Positions 9,833 to 21,409 of a DNA stretch of 64,000 nt are shown in pieces. The notes under the pieces were generated by a model. It ran no database searches. It was not told where the DNA came from and saw only the letters and a list, made by a program, of their open reading frames with translations. Where the stretch lies: assembly GCA_963843375.1 (NCBI GenBank), contig CAWJKT010000006.1, positions 224,001 to 288,000 of the forward strand, given 5' to 3'. Both the position numbers and the translations under genes were made by a program. Every line of letters starts with the position of its first letter. The stretch's first letter is position 1. The DNA comes from an uncultured Pseudomonadota bacterium (GTDB lineage: Bacteria > Oederibacteriota > Muellerivitia > Muellerivitales > Muellerivitaceae).

Positions 9833-12457
9833 CTATCCTTCGATTTTCTTTTTCCACTCCCCCATTAGGTTCAAGGCTTCGCGGGGAGTTAGGCCGTCCA
9901 CATCCAAACCCTTTAACTCTTCTAAAATCGGATGTTGGGCGCCGGTGCCGAAAAAGGAGAGTTGGGGGGCCGCCGATTCCTGGGTTTCGGCCTTGGAAAG
10001 CGCGGGGGCCTCGGTGGTTTTGGAAAGAAAGGTCCCCGTTTCCAGGCTCGCCAATATTTTCTTGGCCCGGACCACGACTTCATTCGGCACCCCCGCCAAA
10101 CGGGCCACCTGGATACCGTAACTCTTGTCCGTTCCGCCTTCCACGATCTTGCGCAGGAAAAGGATCTGTTCGTTCCATTCCCTCACCGCGATATTGAAAT
10201 TCTTGACGTTGGGAAAAACCCCCGACAGGCGGGTCAATTCATGGTAATGGGTCGCGAAAAGAGTCCGGGCTTTGAGTTTTTGGGCGATATATTCCACCAC
10301 CGCCCAGGCGATGGAAACCCCGTCGTAAGTGGAGGTGCCCCGGCCCACTTCATCCAGGATGAGAAGACTCTTGGCTGTCGCGTGGTTCAAGATATTGGCG
10401 GTCTCCACCATTTCCACCATGAAGGTGCTCTGTCCCTGAGTCAAGGCGTCGGAAGCCCCTACCCTTGAGAAAATGCGGTCGACGATCCCCGCCTTCATTT
10501 GTTTGGCGGGGACATAAAAACCCACTTGGGCCATCAGGGAAAGCAGGGCCACTTGCCGGATATAGGTGCTTTTGCCCGCCATGTTGGGTCCGGTGAGGAC
10601 GATGATCTCGGTGCCGTCCACGCCCAGGTGGGTGTCGTTGGGCACGAATTGGTCAGAGGAAAGAATGCGGTCCAAAACCGGGTGCCGTCCATCGACAATG
10701 GATAGCTCGGGGGAATCATCCACTTCGGGCCGAACGTAACGGCCCCGGTCGGCCACCGCGGCCATGCAGGAAAAGGTGTCCAGTTCGGCGATGATGCGGG
10801 CCACCCGCTGAAGCCGGGAAAGTTCCTTGGCCACCTGGGCGCGGATGCCCTCGAAGATTTCGTACTCCAGGCGGTCGGCCTTGTCCTGAGCCCCGAGCAC
10901 CTTGCCTTCCATTTCCTTGAGTTCGGGCGTGATGAAACGCTCGGCGTTGACCAGGGTTTGTTTGCGGTGGTAATCCTTGGGCACCTTATCCAAGTTGGCC
11001 TTGGAGACTTCGATGTAATAGCCGAAGACAGATGTAAAACGCACCTTGAGGGAGGCGATACCGGTACGGGATTTTTCCTTTTCTTCCAATTGGGCGATCC
11101 AGCTTTTGCCCTCGAGGGAGGCGCTTTTCAACTCATCCAGTTCCTTGTCGTATCCCGCCTTGATGAGTCCCCCTTCTTTCAGGGCCAAGGGGGGCTCGTC
11201 ATGAATGGCCTTTTGCAGCAAATGCTGGACTTCCTTCAGGTTGTCCCAAACCTCCACCCTTTCCTTGATGGCCTGGGCCTTGAATCCCGAAAGCACCTGA
11301 TAGAGCTTGGGCAAGAGGGTAAGGGTATTCTTTAAAGCCACCATATCCCGGGCATTGGCGGTGCCGCAGCCGATGCGGCCGGATAACCTTTCCAAATCGG
11401 ATACTTCCCGGAAATGGTCCCGCATGGTTTCCCGGTCATCCTTGCGGGCCAAAAGCTCCTCAACCGCGTCCTGGCGCCTCTTGATTTGGGAAACCGAAGT
11501 CAAGGGGGTGATGAGCCACTGTCGAAGAAGGCGCCCGCCCATGGAGGTGACCGTCTCATCCAGCACGGAAAGGAGGGTTCCCTCTTTACCGTCATCGCGC
11601 ATGGGCTTGATGATTTCAAGGTTCCTTTGGGTGGTGGCGTCCAGCACCATGCCTTCCCCCACCTGGAAAGTGGAAAGAGAGACCAAATGCGAAAGGACGC
11701 TGTGGGTGGTTTCCTTGAGATATTGCAGGATGGCCCCCGCCGCTTGGATCGCTTGGTCCTGGCCCGACAGGCCAAACCCGTCAAGAGACTTGACCAGAAA
11801 ATGCTCCTCGAGCATATCCTTGCCCTCATCCGTGGAAAATTTCCAATCATCCATATGGGATCGTTTGGCGCCGTTGACCGACTTCAAAAGCCGGCCCCAT
11901 TCCTCAGCCTCGGGCTGGGTATGGGGCAGGAGGATTTCGGAAGGGTTGAATTTGAAAAGTTCGTTGGAAGCCACGGAAAACCGGTCCGGCCCCTGGAGTT
12001 GACAGGCTTTGAACTCGCCGGTCGTCACGTCCACGACTGCGATCCCTAATCCCTGGGCCGATGGGGCGAGGGCGACCAGGTAATTGTTGGATTTCTCCTC
12101 CAGCATGGAGGCCGACAAAATCGTGCCCGGGGTGATGACGCGCGCGATTTCCCGCTTCACCAATCCCTTGGCCAAAGCGGGATCTTCCATTTGCTCGCAA
12201 ATGGCGATGGAATAGCCGTTCTTGACCAGCTTGGAAATGTAGTTATCCGCGGCGTGGAAGGGGATGCCGGCCATAGGGACTTTCTGGTTATTGCCCCCGG
12301 CCCGGGCGGTGAGGGTCAGGTGGAGCACCCTTGCCGCCGTCTTGGCGTCGTCGAAGAACATCTCGTAAAAATCACCCAAACGAAAAAAGAGAATCTCCTC
12401 TTTATGGATTCTCTTCAGGTCGAGGTACTGCTTCATCATGGGCGTCAAATCATCCAT
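9833..12457 (-). CDS. mutS: DNA mismatch repair protein MutS
   Basis: TPMMKQY, FRLGDFYEMF, TGPNMAGKSTY, DEVGRGTST. Confidence 0.98.
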   Translation of the reverse strand: MDDLTPMMKQYLDLKRIHKEEILFFRLGDFYEMFFDDAKTAARVLHLTLTARAGGNNQKVPMAGIPFHAADNYISKLVKNGYSIAICEQMEDPALAKGLVKREIARVITPGTILSASMLEEKSNNYLVALAPSAQGLGIAVVDVTTGEFKACQLQGPDRFSVASNELFKFNPSEILLPHTQPEAEEWGRLLKSVNGAKRSHMDDWKFSTDEGKDMLEEHFLVKSLDGFGLSGQDQAIQAAGAILQYLKETTHSVLSHLVSLSTFQVGEGMVLDATTQRNLEIIKPMRDDGKEGTLLSVLDETVTSMGGRLLRQWLITPLTSVSQIKRRQDAVEELLARKDDRETMRDHFREVSDLERLSGRIGCGTANARDMVALKNTLTLLPKLYQVLSGFKAQAIKERVEVWDNLKEVQHLLQKAIHDEPPLALKEGGLIKAGYDKELDELKSASLEGKSWIAQLEEKEKSRTGIASLKVRFTSVFGYYIEVSKANLDKVPKDYHRKQTLVNAERFITPELKEMEGKVLGAQDKADRLEYEIFEGIRAQVAKELSRLQRVARIIAELDTFSCMAAVADRGRYVRPEVDDSPELSIVDGRHPVLDRILSSDQFVPNDTHLGVDGTEIIVLTGPNMAGKSTYIRQVALLSLMAQVGFYVPAKQMKAGIVDRIFSRVGASDALTQGQSTFMVEMVETANILNHATAKSLLILDEVGRGTSTYDGVSIAWAVVEYIAQKLKARTLFATHYHELTRLSGVFPNVKNFNIAVREWNEQILFLRKIVEGGTDKSYGIQVARLAGVPNEVVVRAKKILASLETGTFLSKTTEAPALSKAETQESAAPQLSFFGTGAQHPILEELKGLDVDGLTPREALNLMGEWKKKIEG

Positions 12458-12577
12458 TCAGCACCTGGCCCTAAAGTTTGGCCTCGGAGGGCCTGAGAAC
12501 CATCGAGAATTCGCCGCTGCTTTTCCATCTTCCACAAAAGCCTTTTAGAGCCGCTTCGTAAATTCAAAGGGGCTTGG

Positions 12578-13570
12578 TTAATTGATAACGACAATGGGGA
12601 TGCCTTTGGCCATATAGGACAAACTTTTCTGGGCGGGCACATAGCCTTGGTCCGCTGATTTTTGAAAGAATTCTTTCGCCTTATTCAAATCCTTGTCGAC
12701 TCCCTCTCCCTGCTGGTAACAGGCGCCCAGGTAAAACTCGCCTTTGGGGTCGCCTTGATCCGCAGCCTTCCGGTACCAATTGAATTCTTCATGATAATCC
12801 CGGTTAACGCCAAGACCCTTTCGATAAAGGCTGGCCATGGACGTTTGGGCATAGGGGTTTCCAGCATCGGCGCTCTTCCTTATCCATTGGACGCCCGAAT
12901 TGACATCTTTGGGGATTCCAAGGCCTATGAGATAGTGGGTTCCCAACTGGGCTTCCCCGGCGGTATTGCCCGATTCCGCCGCTTTTCGAAACAAGGAAAC
13001 CGCGCCGCTATAATCCTCTTTTTGTTCATCCACCATGCCTTGGGACACCCAAGAGTCCGCTTCGTCGCTCCCCCTATCGGCAAGATGATTGGTAAAAACG
13101 GGAATATTTTTTTTCTTGTCTTCTTCAGCCGCGGTTATGGAGGCTAACCTCTTCAGGGCGTTTTCCGCCCCGATAAACCCCTGCTGAAGGGCCGTCTGAT
13201 AATATTTCTTGGCTTCCCCCAGGTTCAGAGCCACACCCCAGCCGTTCTCATAACAGCTTCCCAGGTGAAACTCGCTCCTGGAGTCTCCCTGATCCGAAGA
13301 CTTGCGGAACCATTTCACCGCCAGCTGCTCGTCAACCCTGACGCCCTGACCCGTCAAGTAACAATAACCCAGGTGATACTGCGCCTCCGAATTACCGGCT
13401 TCGGCGGCAATCCGGAACCATTGGAATGCCTTGCCATATTTCCCCATTTTTTGGGCGTCCAAACCCTTTTGCAGAATCCCATTGACTCCGCTTTGGGCGA
13501 AGGCTGCGTTTTTTCCTGATCCCAAAAGGCTCAGGGCCAAAACCAACCCCAGAAGCGCTCGTTTCATCAT
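12578..13570 (-). CDS. Secreted Sel1-repeat protein
   Basis: Signal peptide and repeated 'AQYHLGYCY..G.GV..D...A..WFRK.A.QG'. Confidence 0.9.
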   Translation of the reverse strand: MMKRALLGLVLALSLLGSGKNAAFAQSGVNGILQKGLDAQKMGKYGKAFQWFRIAAEAGNSEAQYHLGYCYLTGQGVRVDEQLAVKWFRKSSDQGDSRSEFHLGSCYENGWGVALNLGEAKKYYQTALQQGFIGAENALKRLASITAAEEDKKKNIPVFTNHLADRGSDEADSWVSQGMVDEQKEDYSGAVSLFRKAAESGNTAGEAQLGTHYLIGLGIPKDVNSGVQWIRKSADAGNPYAQTSMASLYRKGLGVNRDYHEEFNWYRKAADQGDPKGEFYLGACYQQGEGVDKDLNKAKEFFQKSADQGYVPAQKSLSYMAKGIPIVVIN

Positions 13571-13645
13571 TTTTTCCTCCCTTCGCCCAAAACCCAGAAT
13601 ATCTCCCTAGTCCAGCTTTCACCTTTGAGGACGCTCAACTAAAGA

Positions 13646-14824
13646 TTATTCCTCGATGACAATGGCTTTTTCTTTGGTCTTTCGCGCCAATTCTCTGGCG
13701 ACTTTTTCGGCGGAAGCCCGGTCGGCAAAATGTCCGACACGCACTTTGTAGTAGGTATAGGGTACCCCATCCTGTTGGGCGGTTACCACGTAAGAACCGT
13801 ATCCCGCTTTTTTGATCAATCTTCTCGTTTTATCCACGTTGAACTTCTTGGAATAAACCCCCACCTGAACATGGAAGGGTTTTGAAATCACGACTTCTTG
13901 AGTATTTTGAGTTTCGGTAGCTGGAGATGAGGTAACCGTTTCAACCGTCGGGGTCGGTTCCGCTAAAACAGCGGCCATGGTCGCCGTGGGCTCGGGGGCT
14001 TGGGCTTCGGGGGAACGAGGCAATTCCGCGTGCTGGCTTTCCAGGTCCCGCAGGCGTTCCCGGGCCTCCGCGACCTCAAAAGACTTGGGATATTGATCGA
14101 TCAGGTTCTGGTAAGCGGCGTGGGCCTCTTTCCATTTCTTTTCAGCCTCGTAGGTTTGCCCGAGCCTGAGGTAAACCAGGTTTAATTCATCGTAAAGGTG
14201 GTATTGGTCGAGGATTCTTAAATATTGGTTCTGGGCGTCGGCATATTTTTTCAATTTGTAATAAGCCGTTCCCATTCCCACCAGTGACTTGGGAGCCCAG
14301 GGGCTGTCCTTGGCGCCGTTCAAAGCCCTTTTAAATTCCTCGGCCGCCTCCTTGTTTTGGTCCATGGCCAAAAGCGAGGACGCGTACCAATAGTGGATCT
14401 CCGGCAAGGAGGCGCTTTTGGGGTAGTTGTCGAGGAAATCCTTATAGCTCTGGGCGGCGTCCGCGTACTTATCCGCCAGGTAATAACGGGCTCCCAAATC
14501 CTTTTGGGCCTCTTCCCCCTCGGGCCGGGCGTTATATTCGGCCGCGAGATCCTTGAACTGGGCGATGGAAATGTTGAAGTCCTCCTGGAGGTTGGCCAGA
14601 AGCAGGCGGGCCTTGGGAATAAAATCCTCCATCGGGTGCTTGGCCACCAGTTGGTTCAGGATGTCCTTGGATTCCTGGTAATTCTTTTGGTCGAATAGCT
14701 TTTGGGCCTTTTCAAAAAGGGAGCGGCTATCCTCCGGGGTGGCGGTTGGATCCGGCATCCCCTCCGAGGCTCGAAGAAGACAGGGACCGGCGCAAAGAAG
14801 AAGGATTAAAATAATTTTTTTCAT
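13646..14824 (-). CDS. TPR (BamD/CpoB-like) protein with C-terminal SPOR domain
   Basis: Signal peptide, TPRs, 'FHVQVGVYS...YKVRVGHF' SPOR motif. Confidence 0.85.
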   Translation of the reverse strand: MKKIILILLLCAGPCLLRASEGMPDPTATPEDSRSLFEKAQKLFDQKNYQESKDILNQLVAKHPMEDFIPKARLLLANLQEDFNISIAQFKDLAAEYNARPEGEEAQKDLGARYYLADKYADAAQSYKDFLDNYPKSASLPEIHYWYASSLLAMDQNKEAAEEFKRALNGAKDSPWAPKSLVGMGTAYYKLKKYADAQNQYLRILDQYHLYDELNLVYLRLGQTYEAEKKWKEAHAAYQNLIDQYPKSFEVAEARERLRDLESQHAELPRSPEAQAPEPTATMAAVLAEPTPTVETVTSSPATETQNTQEVVISKPFHVQVGVYSKKFNVDKTRRLIKKAGYGSYVVTAQQDGVPYTYYKVRVGHFADRASAEKVARELARKTKEKAIVIEE

Positions 14825-14836
14825 GGAACCTCGCGA

Positions 14837-16195
14837 TTATCGTGAATGCGCAACCGACCCAAAGAGATTGGCGACTTTGTGGTTTTCGATATTAACCCAA
14901 ACCTTGTCCCCCGCTTTGTACCCTTTTCCTGGAAAAACAACGGTGCGGTTTTGGCGGCTTTTGCCGTAGAAAGCGTTAGGCGTCTTGTCCGCCGGGCCTT
15001 CAACGAGCACTTCCTCGATCCTGCCCAGGCGGGCCTCGCAACTTTCAAAAGCGTGCTTCCAGGCCTTCTCATTGAGCCGGGCCAACCGCTCATCCTTCAC
15101 TTCCTCCGGCACTTGATCCAGCATCCGTGCCGCGGGCGTTCCGAGCCGCGGGGAGTATTTAAAGCTATAGACGGCGTCATATCGGACTTGATCCAGCAAA
15201 TCCAAGGTCTGCTGAAAGTCTTCATCCGTTTCCCCGGGGAATCCGATAATAAGGTCGGTGGTGATAAAAAGATCCTGGATGGAGGATCTAAGCTTTTGAA
15301 CCCGTTCCAGGTAATGGGCCACGTTGTATTTGCGGCTCATCCGCTTCAACACTTTGTCCGATCCGCACTGCACCGGCAAATGAATGGACTCGCAAACCGA
15401 GGGCACCCTGGCCATGACTTCCACCAACTCATCGGATAAATCCAGTGGATGGGAAGTCATAAAACGCACCCGCTCGATCCCTTCCACTCCGCCCACTTGT
15501 CCCAATAGCTCCGGGAAGGTGATCGTCTTGGCCCTTCGACTTCAACCCCAATCCATAGGAATTCACGTTCTGGCCCAGCAGCATGACTTCCTTCACGCCC
15601 GCCCTCGCAATCGCCTGTAATTTCCTCCAGAATACTCTCGGTGGGGCGGGAAACTTCCCGGCCCCGGGTAAAAGGAACCACGCAAAAGGTGCAGAACTTA
15701 TCGCAGCCCTTCATGATTTCAATAAAAGCCCGGTGGGGCTGGGAAAGCCGGGACGGGATCGTTCTGCGGGAAATAAACCGGGTCGAAATCCGCCAGCACC
15801 TGGCTTTGGCCCGTCCTGAAGCCTCCCGGATGACCTGGGGAACCTTTAAATATTGGTCGGGTCCCACCACCATGTCCAAATGGGGCGCCCTTTCCATCAA
15901 TTGGTCTTTATAGCTGGTAGCCATACAGCCCAGGACGCCGATGACCCGGCCTTCCCTGCCGCGTTTCCAATCGGCCAGTTGGCCCAGGCGGGAAAAAACC
16001 TTGTGTTCGGCGTGGTCGACGGATGGAACAGGTGTTAAAGAGAATGACGTCGGCTTCTTCAATCGATTGGGTCATGGAAAAATCGTTTTTGAGGAGAAGG
16101 CCCGTGACGTGGTCCGATTCCAGAACGTTGGACTGGCATCCAAAGGTTTCCATAAAAACCTTTTTTTCTTTCGTTTTCGCGGTCAAAGTTTCCAT
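14837..16195 (-). CDS. miaB: tRNA methylthiotransferase MiaB (split across 3 ORFs by apparent frameshifts)
   Basis: ETFGCQ, NTCS, GCDKFCTFCVVP radical SAM motif, HLPVQ, TRAM domain spread over ORFs 15908-16195, 15457-16062, 14837-15505. Confidence 0.9.
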
Positions 16196-16349
16196 GATTT
16201 TCCTATGTTATTAAGGGTGAAGGGTTTTGATTTTACAGGATGGCGTAAAAGTCTTAAAGCAGGACTTTACATGAATATGGGGGAAATCCCTGTTATTCGT
16301 TGTCCTGGCTGGCGGGAGGAGCCGATATATCCCCAAGCTAGGGGAAAGG

Positions 16350-16637
16350 TTATCGATGGTGCATAATCAATAAAGCCAGCAATAGGGCGAAAAGGATGAC
16401 ACAAAACCGAAGGATCCACCGGGCATTGCCCGGGGAAAAACGGGCTCCATACAAACCCCTGGGGATCTTCCCAACGATGTCCCTGGGATGAAAAACATTT
16501 CCTTCTTCATCATAAATCAGAGGTAAGTTGGCGCCGCAACGGCCGCAAATTTTGTTTTCGGGGATATTCATGGCCCCGCACCGAAGGCACTCCACATCGT
16601 TGTTCCGGCGGGGTTTGGAAGGAATCGTTTCCGGCAC
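16350..16637 (-). CDS. Zinc-ribbon membrane protein
   Basis: CLRCG...CGRCG and a C-terminal TM helix. Confidence 0.7.
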   Translation of the reverse strand: MPETIPSKPRRNNDVECLRCGAMNIPENKICGRCGANLPLIYDEEGNVFHPRDIVGKIPRGLYGARFSPGNARWILRFCVILFALLLALLIMHHR

Positions 16638-16642
16638 GGGTT

Positions 16643-17899
16643 TTATTTAAGCCCCGAGAGGCGGGTCAGGATCAATCCCACTTTCTTGGCTTCCTCCGGC
16701 ATTTTTTTCTGCGTGAAAACAACCTGAAGCTTTTTGTAGATATCGATGACTTCCTGCTTCTTTCCCATCTTCAGGCAGATTTCGGCTTTTTTCTTGAGGA
16801 CTTCGATATTGTCGGGCTCCAGCGCCAGGATGGAATCAAAATAACCGAAGGCGGCGTCCGTCTTGTTATCCTTCAAAGCGCCCAGCGCCAGATTGAGATA
16901 TATTTGAAGGGCCTCGCTCCTTTTGCCCACTTGCAAAAGTATGCGGGCCAAGCGGGGCTGGAGTTTGGGATCATCGGGGCGTTTTTGAAGCAGGATGGCG
17001 ATGTGGCTTTGGGCAGCGTTCCAATCCTTGGTTTCCTCTGAAAGAGCCAACAATTGTTCCACCAGGCCTATATCCTCGGGGTTTTCCTTGAGGATGGCTT
17101 CCAATTGCTGCTTGGCTTCGGCGGTTTTTTTCAATGCCATGAAAGTCTTGGCCAAGAGGAGTTTCAAATCCCCCCTGCCGACCTGGGTCGCCGCCTCAAT
17201 CGCGTTCTTGGCTTCTTCATACTGACCGGAATCAAAAGCCAGCTGGGCGAGTTTTCCGTAATGCTTGGCGGCGGCCTCCGAATCCCCCTTTTGCTGGGCC
17301 AGGCTCGCCAGCAAGCGAAGGGTGTCGATGCCTTCCGGATCGATGAGGGAGAGTTTACCCGCGTAGGTTTGAGCCATCTCCAGGCGCCCCTCAGAAAAAT
17401 GGATATCCGCGACCGCTTTCAACTGGGCTGCCGCCTCGGAAACCATGGCGTTCTCCAGGAATAAGTTGGCCAGCCTCTCCCGGTAGGAGAAATTGATGGG
17501 CTCAGCCGCGATTAACTGTTGGAAATAAGCCACCGCCTCGTCCAGCCGCCCGTCGGCCGCCAGACGATCGGCTTCCTGGGTCTTGGTGATGGAGAGAAAA
17601 TATTGCTTTTGTTTGATGTCCATTCGATCGGGCGAAAGCTTGGCAATTTTTCTCTCGATGGAGGCGACTTTGTTGGACTGTCCCTGCTTTTCGTAAATTT
17701 CCTTGGATTTCAGGTAAGACTGGAAGGCGTCGGCGTCATCTTTTTTCTTGGCGTAGGCGTCGCCCATCATATTGTGAACGTGGGCGTCCTGGGGATCGAA
17801 CGCCAAGAGTTTTTTGTATTCCTCGATGGCCTTATACCACTCTTCTCCCTGAACGTAGAGAAAGGCCATCTTGACTATCATCGCCTTATCGTCTGGCAT
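16643..17899 (-). CDS. Tetratricopeptide repeat protein
   Basis: Multiple TPR-like helical repeats. Confidence 0.8.
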   Translation of the reverse strand: MPDDKAMIVKMAFLYVQGEEWYKAIEEYKKLLAFDPQDAHVHNMMGDAYAKKKDDADAFQSYLKSKEIYEKQGQSNKVASIERKIAKLSPDRMDIKQKQYFLSITKTQEADRLAADGRLDEAVAYFQQLIAAEPINFSYRERLANLFLENAMVSEAAAQLKAVADIHFSEGRLEMAQTYAGKLSLIDPEGIDTLRLLASLAQQKGDSEAAAKHYGKLAQLAFDSGQYEEAKNAIEAATQVGRGDLKLLLAKTFMALKKTAEAKQQLEAILKENPEDIGLVEQLLALSEETKDWNAAQSHIAILLQKRPDDPKLQPRLARILLQVGKRSEALQIYLNLALGALKDNKTDAAFGYFDSILALEPDNIEVLKKKAEICLKMGKKQEVIDIYKKLQVVFTQKKMPEEAKKVGLILTRLSGLK

Positions 17900-18100
17900 A
17901 TAAAAACCTCATGAACCAACCACAAGTCGCCAAGACAAGGTACCCTTGATTGGAAGCGTTTTTAAAAGATCTTTTCATATTACCGGCTGCCTTTGCTTTT
18001 TCCGGGGATGGAACGTTTAAAAAGAAATGACTTAAAACCAATTTTCCGGTCTTTTCATTGGGTCTTCCTATTTCAACGGTGAACTTGTTTTTGGGAAATA

Positions 18101-19798
18101 TCAAGGCTTCAATCCCTGGACACTATAGGCCACGACCTTCTCGGTTTTGCCTTTGACTTTGATGGGATCCAGCATAACGGCTTCAACTTTGTTTTTGACC
18201 CGTTCGTAGGTCGAGGCTGAAATCAGGATTTGTCCCTTTTCCGCGACCGATTCCAGGCGCTGGGTCAGGTTGACGTTATCGCCGATGGCGGTATATTCCA
18301 TCCGCTCGTTGGAGCCGATATTGCCGACCACAACTTCACCCGTGTTGATGCCGATTCCAATGTTCACTTCCAGCTTTCCCTCCATCCTCCACTTGGCCTG
18401 GAGTTCCGTCATTTTCCGGGCCATTTCAATCGCCGTCAAAACCGCCCGTTCCGCGTGATCGGCAATTTCAATGGGCGCCCCATAAACCGCCATGATAGCG
18501 TCACCCATGAATTTATCCAACGTTCCTTCATATTTAAAAATGATGGCCGTCATGGCCGTGAAATATTCATTCAACAATTGGACTACTTCCTCGGCGCTCA
18601 AAGTCTCGGCCATGGAGGTAAATCCCCGAATGTCGGAAAAGAAAACCGTAACCACTTTTTTCTCCCCTCCCAGTTTCAAACCGTCCCGGTGCTGGAGGAT
18701 CCGGTCCACCACGCTTTTGGTCACATATTTGGAAAAAGCCCCTTTAATGACTTCTTTCTCCCGCAGGGACTTGGCCATGTCGTTGAAGGCGTCGGTTAAA
18801 TCCCCCAATTCATCCGAGCGCTTAATGTTGATCTTTTGGTCCAGGTTGCCCGCCGCGATGGCCGAAACCCCCTTCACCAAAAGGCGGATAGGCTTGATCA
18901 TGACCGTTACGAAAACCATCATGACGAGAATGCCTAAAATGAGAACTCCCACGGTGCTGAGGATGATGGCCACCGCGACGTAACGCACCACCCGGGTGAT
19001 GATGTTTTGGTTCATTCCCAGGTGAACCTCGCCGATTTTGATCGCCTTTCCTTCCGCCGCCACATTGATTGGCGCCGCGATGTCATAAATCAGGCGGCCA
19101 TGGTCCTGGAAAGTCTGGACAAGGATGGTATCCGTGTCGGCCATGGGATGGACTCCCGGGGGCGGCGTATAGGTCTCATGCTCGGTGTATTTTTGAATAT
19201 CGCCCTTGAGGTCGGAATAGGCCAGGTACTTGTTGTTCTTATCGATGATGAAGGAGTACTCGGTATTGCCCCTCTTGGTGTTTTCAGCGTCCGGCCAGAT
19301 GTATTTTTGAATATCTTCATTATAAATGTTGATCAAAGCCAGGACTTGCTCCTCCAAGGGGGTTAAGTCGGACGGGATATTCTGGTCGGACTGGCTGGAT
19401 TCCATCTTTACGGCGTCATTGACGAATTGCATCAAGGGGAGGGTGGGATCACCCGCTTGGGAGACGGGCTGATTGAGTTGGAGAACCAGATCCCCGCTGT
19501 TCAAGGCCAGACTTCGGGCCTGTGACTCGCCGCGGTTAACCACCTGTTGGACCAGGGTTTCCTTCATTTGGCTAAGAACCAGCCAAGTCACCGTGCCCAT
19601 CACCAGGAATATCAGCAAGGTCAAGAACAGGATGAATTTGACACGAAGGGAAAAAAGGTGGTGCCTGCGGCCTTGCCTCGCCCCTGAAACACCTGGATTC
19701 TTAGGCGCGGACTGGCTCAAAAAAGCTCTCCTGAAACGGTTTGACGAAAAAGCGCGGCAAGACGGGTTTACTATAAACAAGCGGTTTTGGCGTGTCAA
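18101..19798 (-). CDS. Membrane adenylate/guanylate cyclase (class III) with HAMP domain
   Basis: Two TMs, HAMP 'DELGDLTDAFNDM', FSDIRGFT, DKFMGDAIMA, YTAIGDNVN. Confidence 0.93.
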   Translation of the reverse strand: MTRQNRLFIVNPSCRAFSSNRFRRAFLSQSAPKNPGVSGARQGRRHHLFSLRVKFILFLTLLIFLVMGTVTWLVLSQMKETLVQQVVNRGESQARSLALNSGDLVLQLNQPVSQAGDPTLPLMQFVNDAVKMESSQSDQNIPSDLTPLEEQVLALINIYNEDIQKYIWPDAENTKRGNTEYSFIIDKNNKYLAYSDLKGDIQKYTEHETYTPPPGVHPMADTDTILVQTFQDHGRLIYDIAAPINVAAEGKAIKIGEVHLGMNQNIITRVVRYVAVAIILSTVGVLILGILVMMVFVTVMIKPIRLLVKGVSAIAAGNLDQKINIKRSDELGDLTDAFNDMAKSLREKEVIKGAFSKYVTKSVVDRILQHRDGLKLGGEKKVVTVFFSDIRGFTSMAETLSAEEVVQLLNEYFTAMTAIIFKYEGTLDKFMGDAIMAVYGAPIEIADHAERAVLTAIEMARKMTELQAKWRMEGKLEVNIGIGINTGEVVVGNIGSNERMEYTAIGDNVNLTQRLESVAEKGQILISASTYERVKNKVEAVMLDPIKVKGKTEKVVAYSVQGLKP

Positions 19799-20508
19799 AC
19801 ATAACGGGGATTTCCAAGCGAACTTAATTCTCGGAAGTGGGTTCGGGTGGCGGGATTGGGATCCGCGGGCGGCTCGAAATTCGACGATTCATTTTCCATC
19901 GCGGGAGCCAGTCCTAATTTGGTTTCCCGGCGGCGCAATTCCCCCTCCATTTCTTTCAAGAACTCCGGGGAAGGCTTGTCGCCGGCCAATTCCTGGATTT
20001 CGGAAACTTTGGGAAGGTCGGATAAATCCTTCAGGCCAAAATGCAACAAGAACTCATGGGTGGTGGCGTAAAGCAGGGGCCTTCCCGGGGTTTCGGCCCT
20101 TCCCAATATCCTCACCATCTTTTTTTCCAGGAGGGATTGGACCAGGTTGCTCACTTCCACTCCGCGGATGGCCTCAACTTCCGCCCGGGTGACGGGCTGT
20201 TTATAAGCAATGATGGCCAGGGCTTCCAGGGCCGCCTTGGAAAGGCGGGTTTTGGAAATAACCTTGTAAAGTTCCTTCGCCCACTTGTGATACTCGGGGC
20301 GCGTCACGAGTTGGAAGCCTTCGGCGATTTGGATAACCTGGAAACTTCGATCCATCCCGTTGATATCCTCCTGAAGCGAGGCCAAGGCCTGTTGGACTTC
20401 GTCCAGGGTGGTGTCCTTCACGAAAGAGACGATTTTCTTCGGAGCAAGGGGGATTTCGCTCACGAAAAGAAGGCTCTCAAGGATTTTTTTAAGTTTTTCT
20501 AATTCCAT
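19795..20508 (-). CDS. scpB: SMC-Scp complex subunit ScpB
   Basis: LSKAALEALAIIAYKQPVTRAEVEAIRGV, PGRPLLYATT; start at ATG after GGAGG. Confidence 0.95.
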   Translation of the reverse strand: MELEKLKKILESLLFVSEIPLAPKKIVSFVKDTTLDEVQQALASLQEDINGMDRSFQVIQIAEGFQLVTRPEYHKWAKELYKVISKTRLSKAALEALAIIAYKQPVTRAEVEAIRGVEVSNLVQSLLEKKMVRILGRAETPGRPLLYATTHEFLLHFGLKDLSDLPKVSEIQELAGDKPSPEFLKEMEGELRRRETKLGLAPAMENESSNFEPPADPNPATRTHFRELSSLGNPRYV

Positions 20509-20560
20509 GGGTTGGATATTCCTCCGTAAATTATTGGTGTTGAAAGCCGGTTCAATTGGG

Positions 20561-21383
20561 TCAAGACACGCTCGGAGAATTACCGGGTGTTTCAATCGTG
20601 GACAAATGAACTTCGATTTCCCCAAAAACCTTATCTTGAAAAACCCGCACCAGTTTCAATCGAACCATTTCTAACAGGGCCAAAAGAGCCACGATTTTTT
20701 CGATTTTGGTACGGCAAGCCGTCAAAAAAGGGCGAAATACAACTTTTTGGTCGGTTTGAAGCAAATCCATCAAATCATTGATCTTCTGACTCACCGTGAT
20801 CTCGGGCCTGGTCAATTCGGCGGTCACATCTTCTTGGGTGTGAATCAGGACGTCTTTAAAGGCGGCCAAAAGGCCGAAAAGGGTGACTTCTTCCAGATGT
20901 TCCTCCTGTCCCACTTCCTTCATATCCATCGGAACGTTCCGGGGAAAGAGATAGTGCTTGTTTTTTTCCATGTCCAATAATTGGTCCGCGGCGTCCTTGA
21001 ATTTTTTATACTCAATCAACCGCCGCATCAATTCCAGACGGGGGTCCTCTTCGGGTTGGTCGGGTGTAGGGTCGACGGGCAAAAGCATCCGGCTCTTAAT
21101 TTGCATGAGAGTGGCGGCCATCACCAAAAAATCACCCGCGATTTCCAAGGTTGAGGGACTCCATGATCTCGATATAAGCCAGGTATTCCTTGGTGATTTT
21201 GGAGATGGGAATATCGTAAATATCCAGTTCGTGTTCTTTGATGAGGTGAAGAAGCAGGTCCATGGGCCCGTCAAAATAGGGCAGGGTAATTTGATAGGTC
21301 GAGCGTTGGTCGTCCTGATTGATGATTTCCTTGATGACGACCTGGGTGGTGGAAGAAGAAAGGGATAACGGCCACCGGCTCAA
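20561..21383 (-). CDS. scpA: Segregation/condensation protein ScpA (frameshifted)
   Basis: FDGPMDLLLHLIKEHELDIYDIPI and 'GDFLVMAATLMQIKSRMLLP' in adjacent frames. Confidence 0.9.
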
Positions 21384-21409
21384 TGTCGGCGTTATTTTCC
21401 GGATTCATT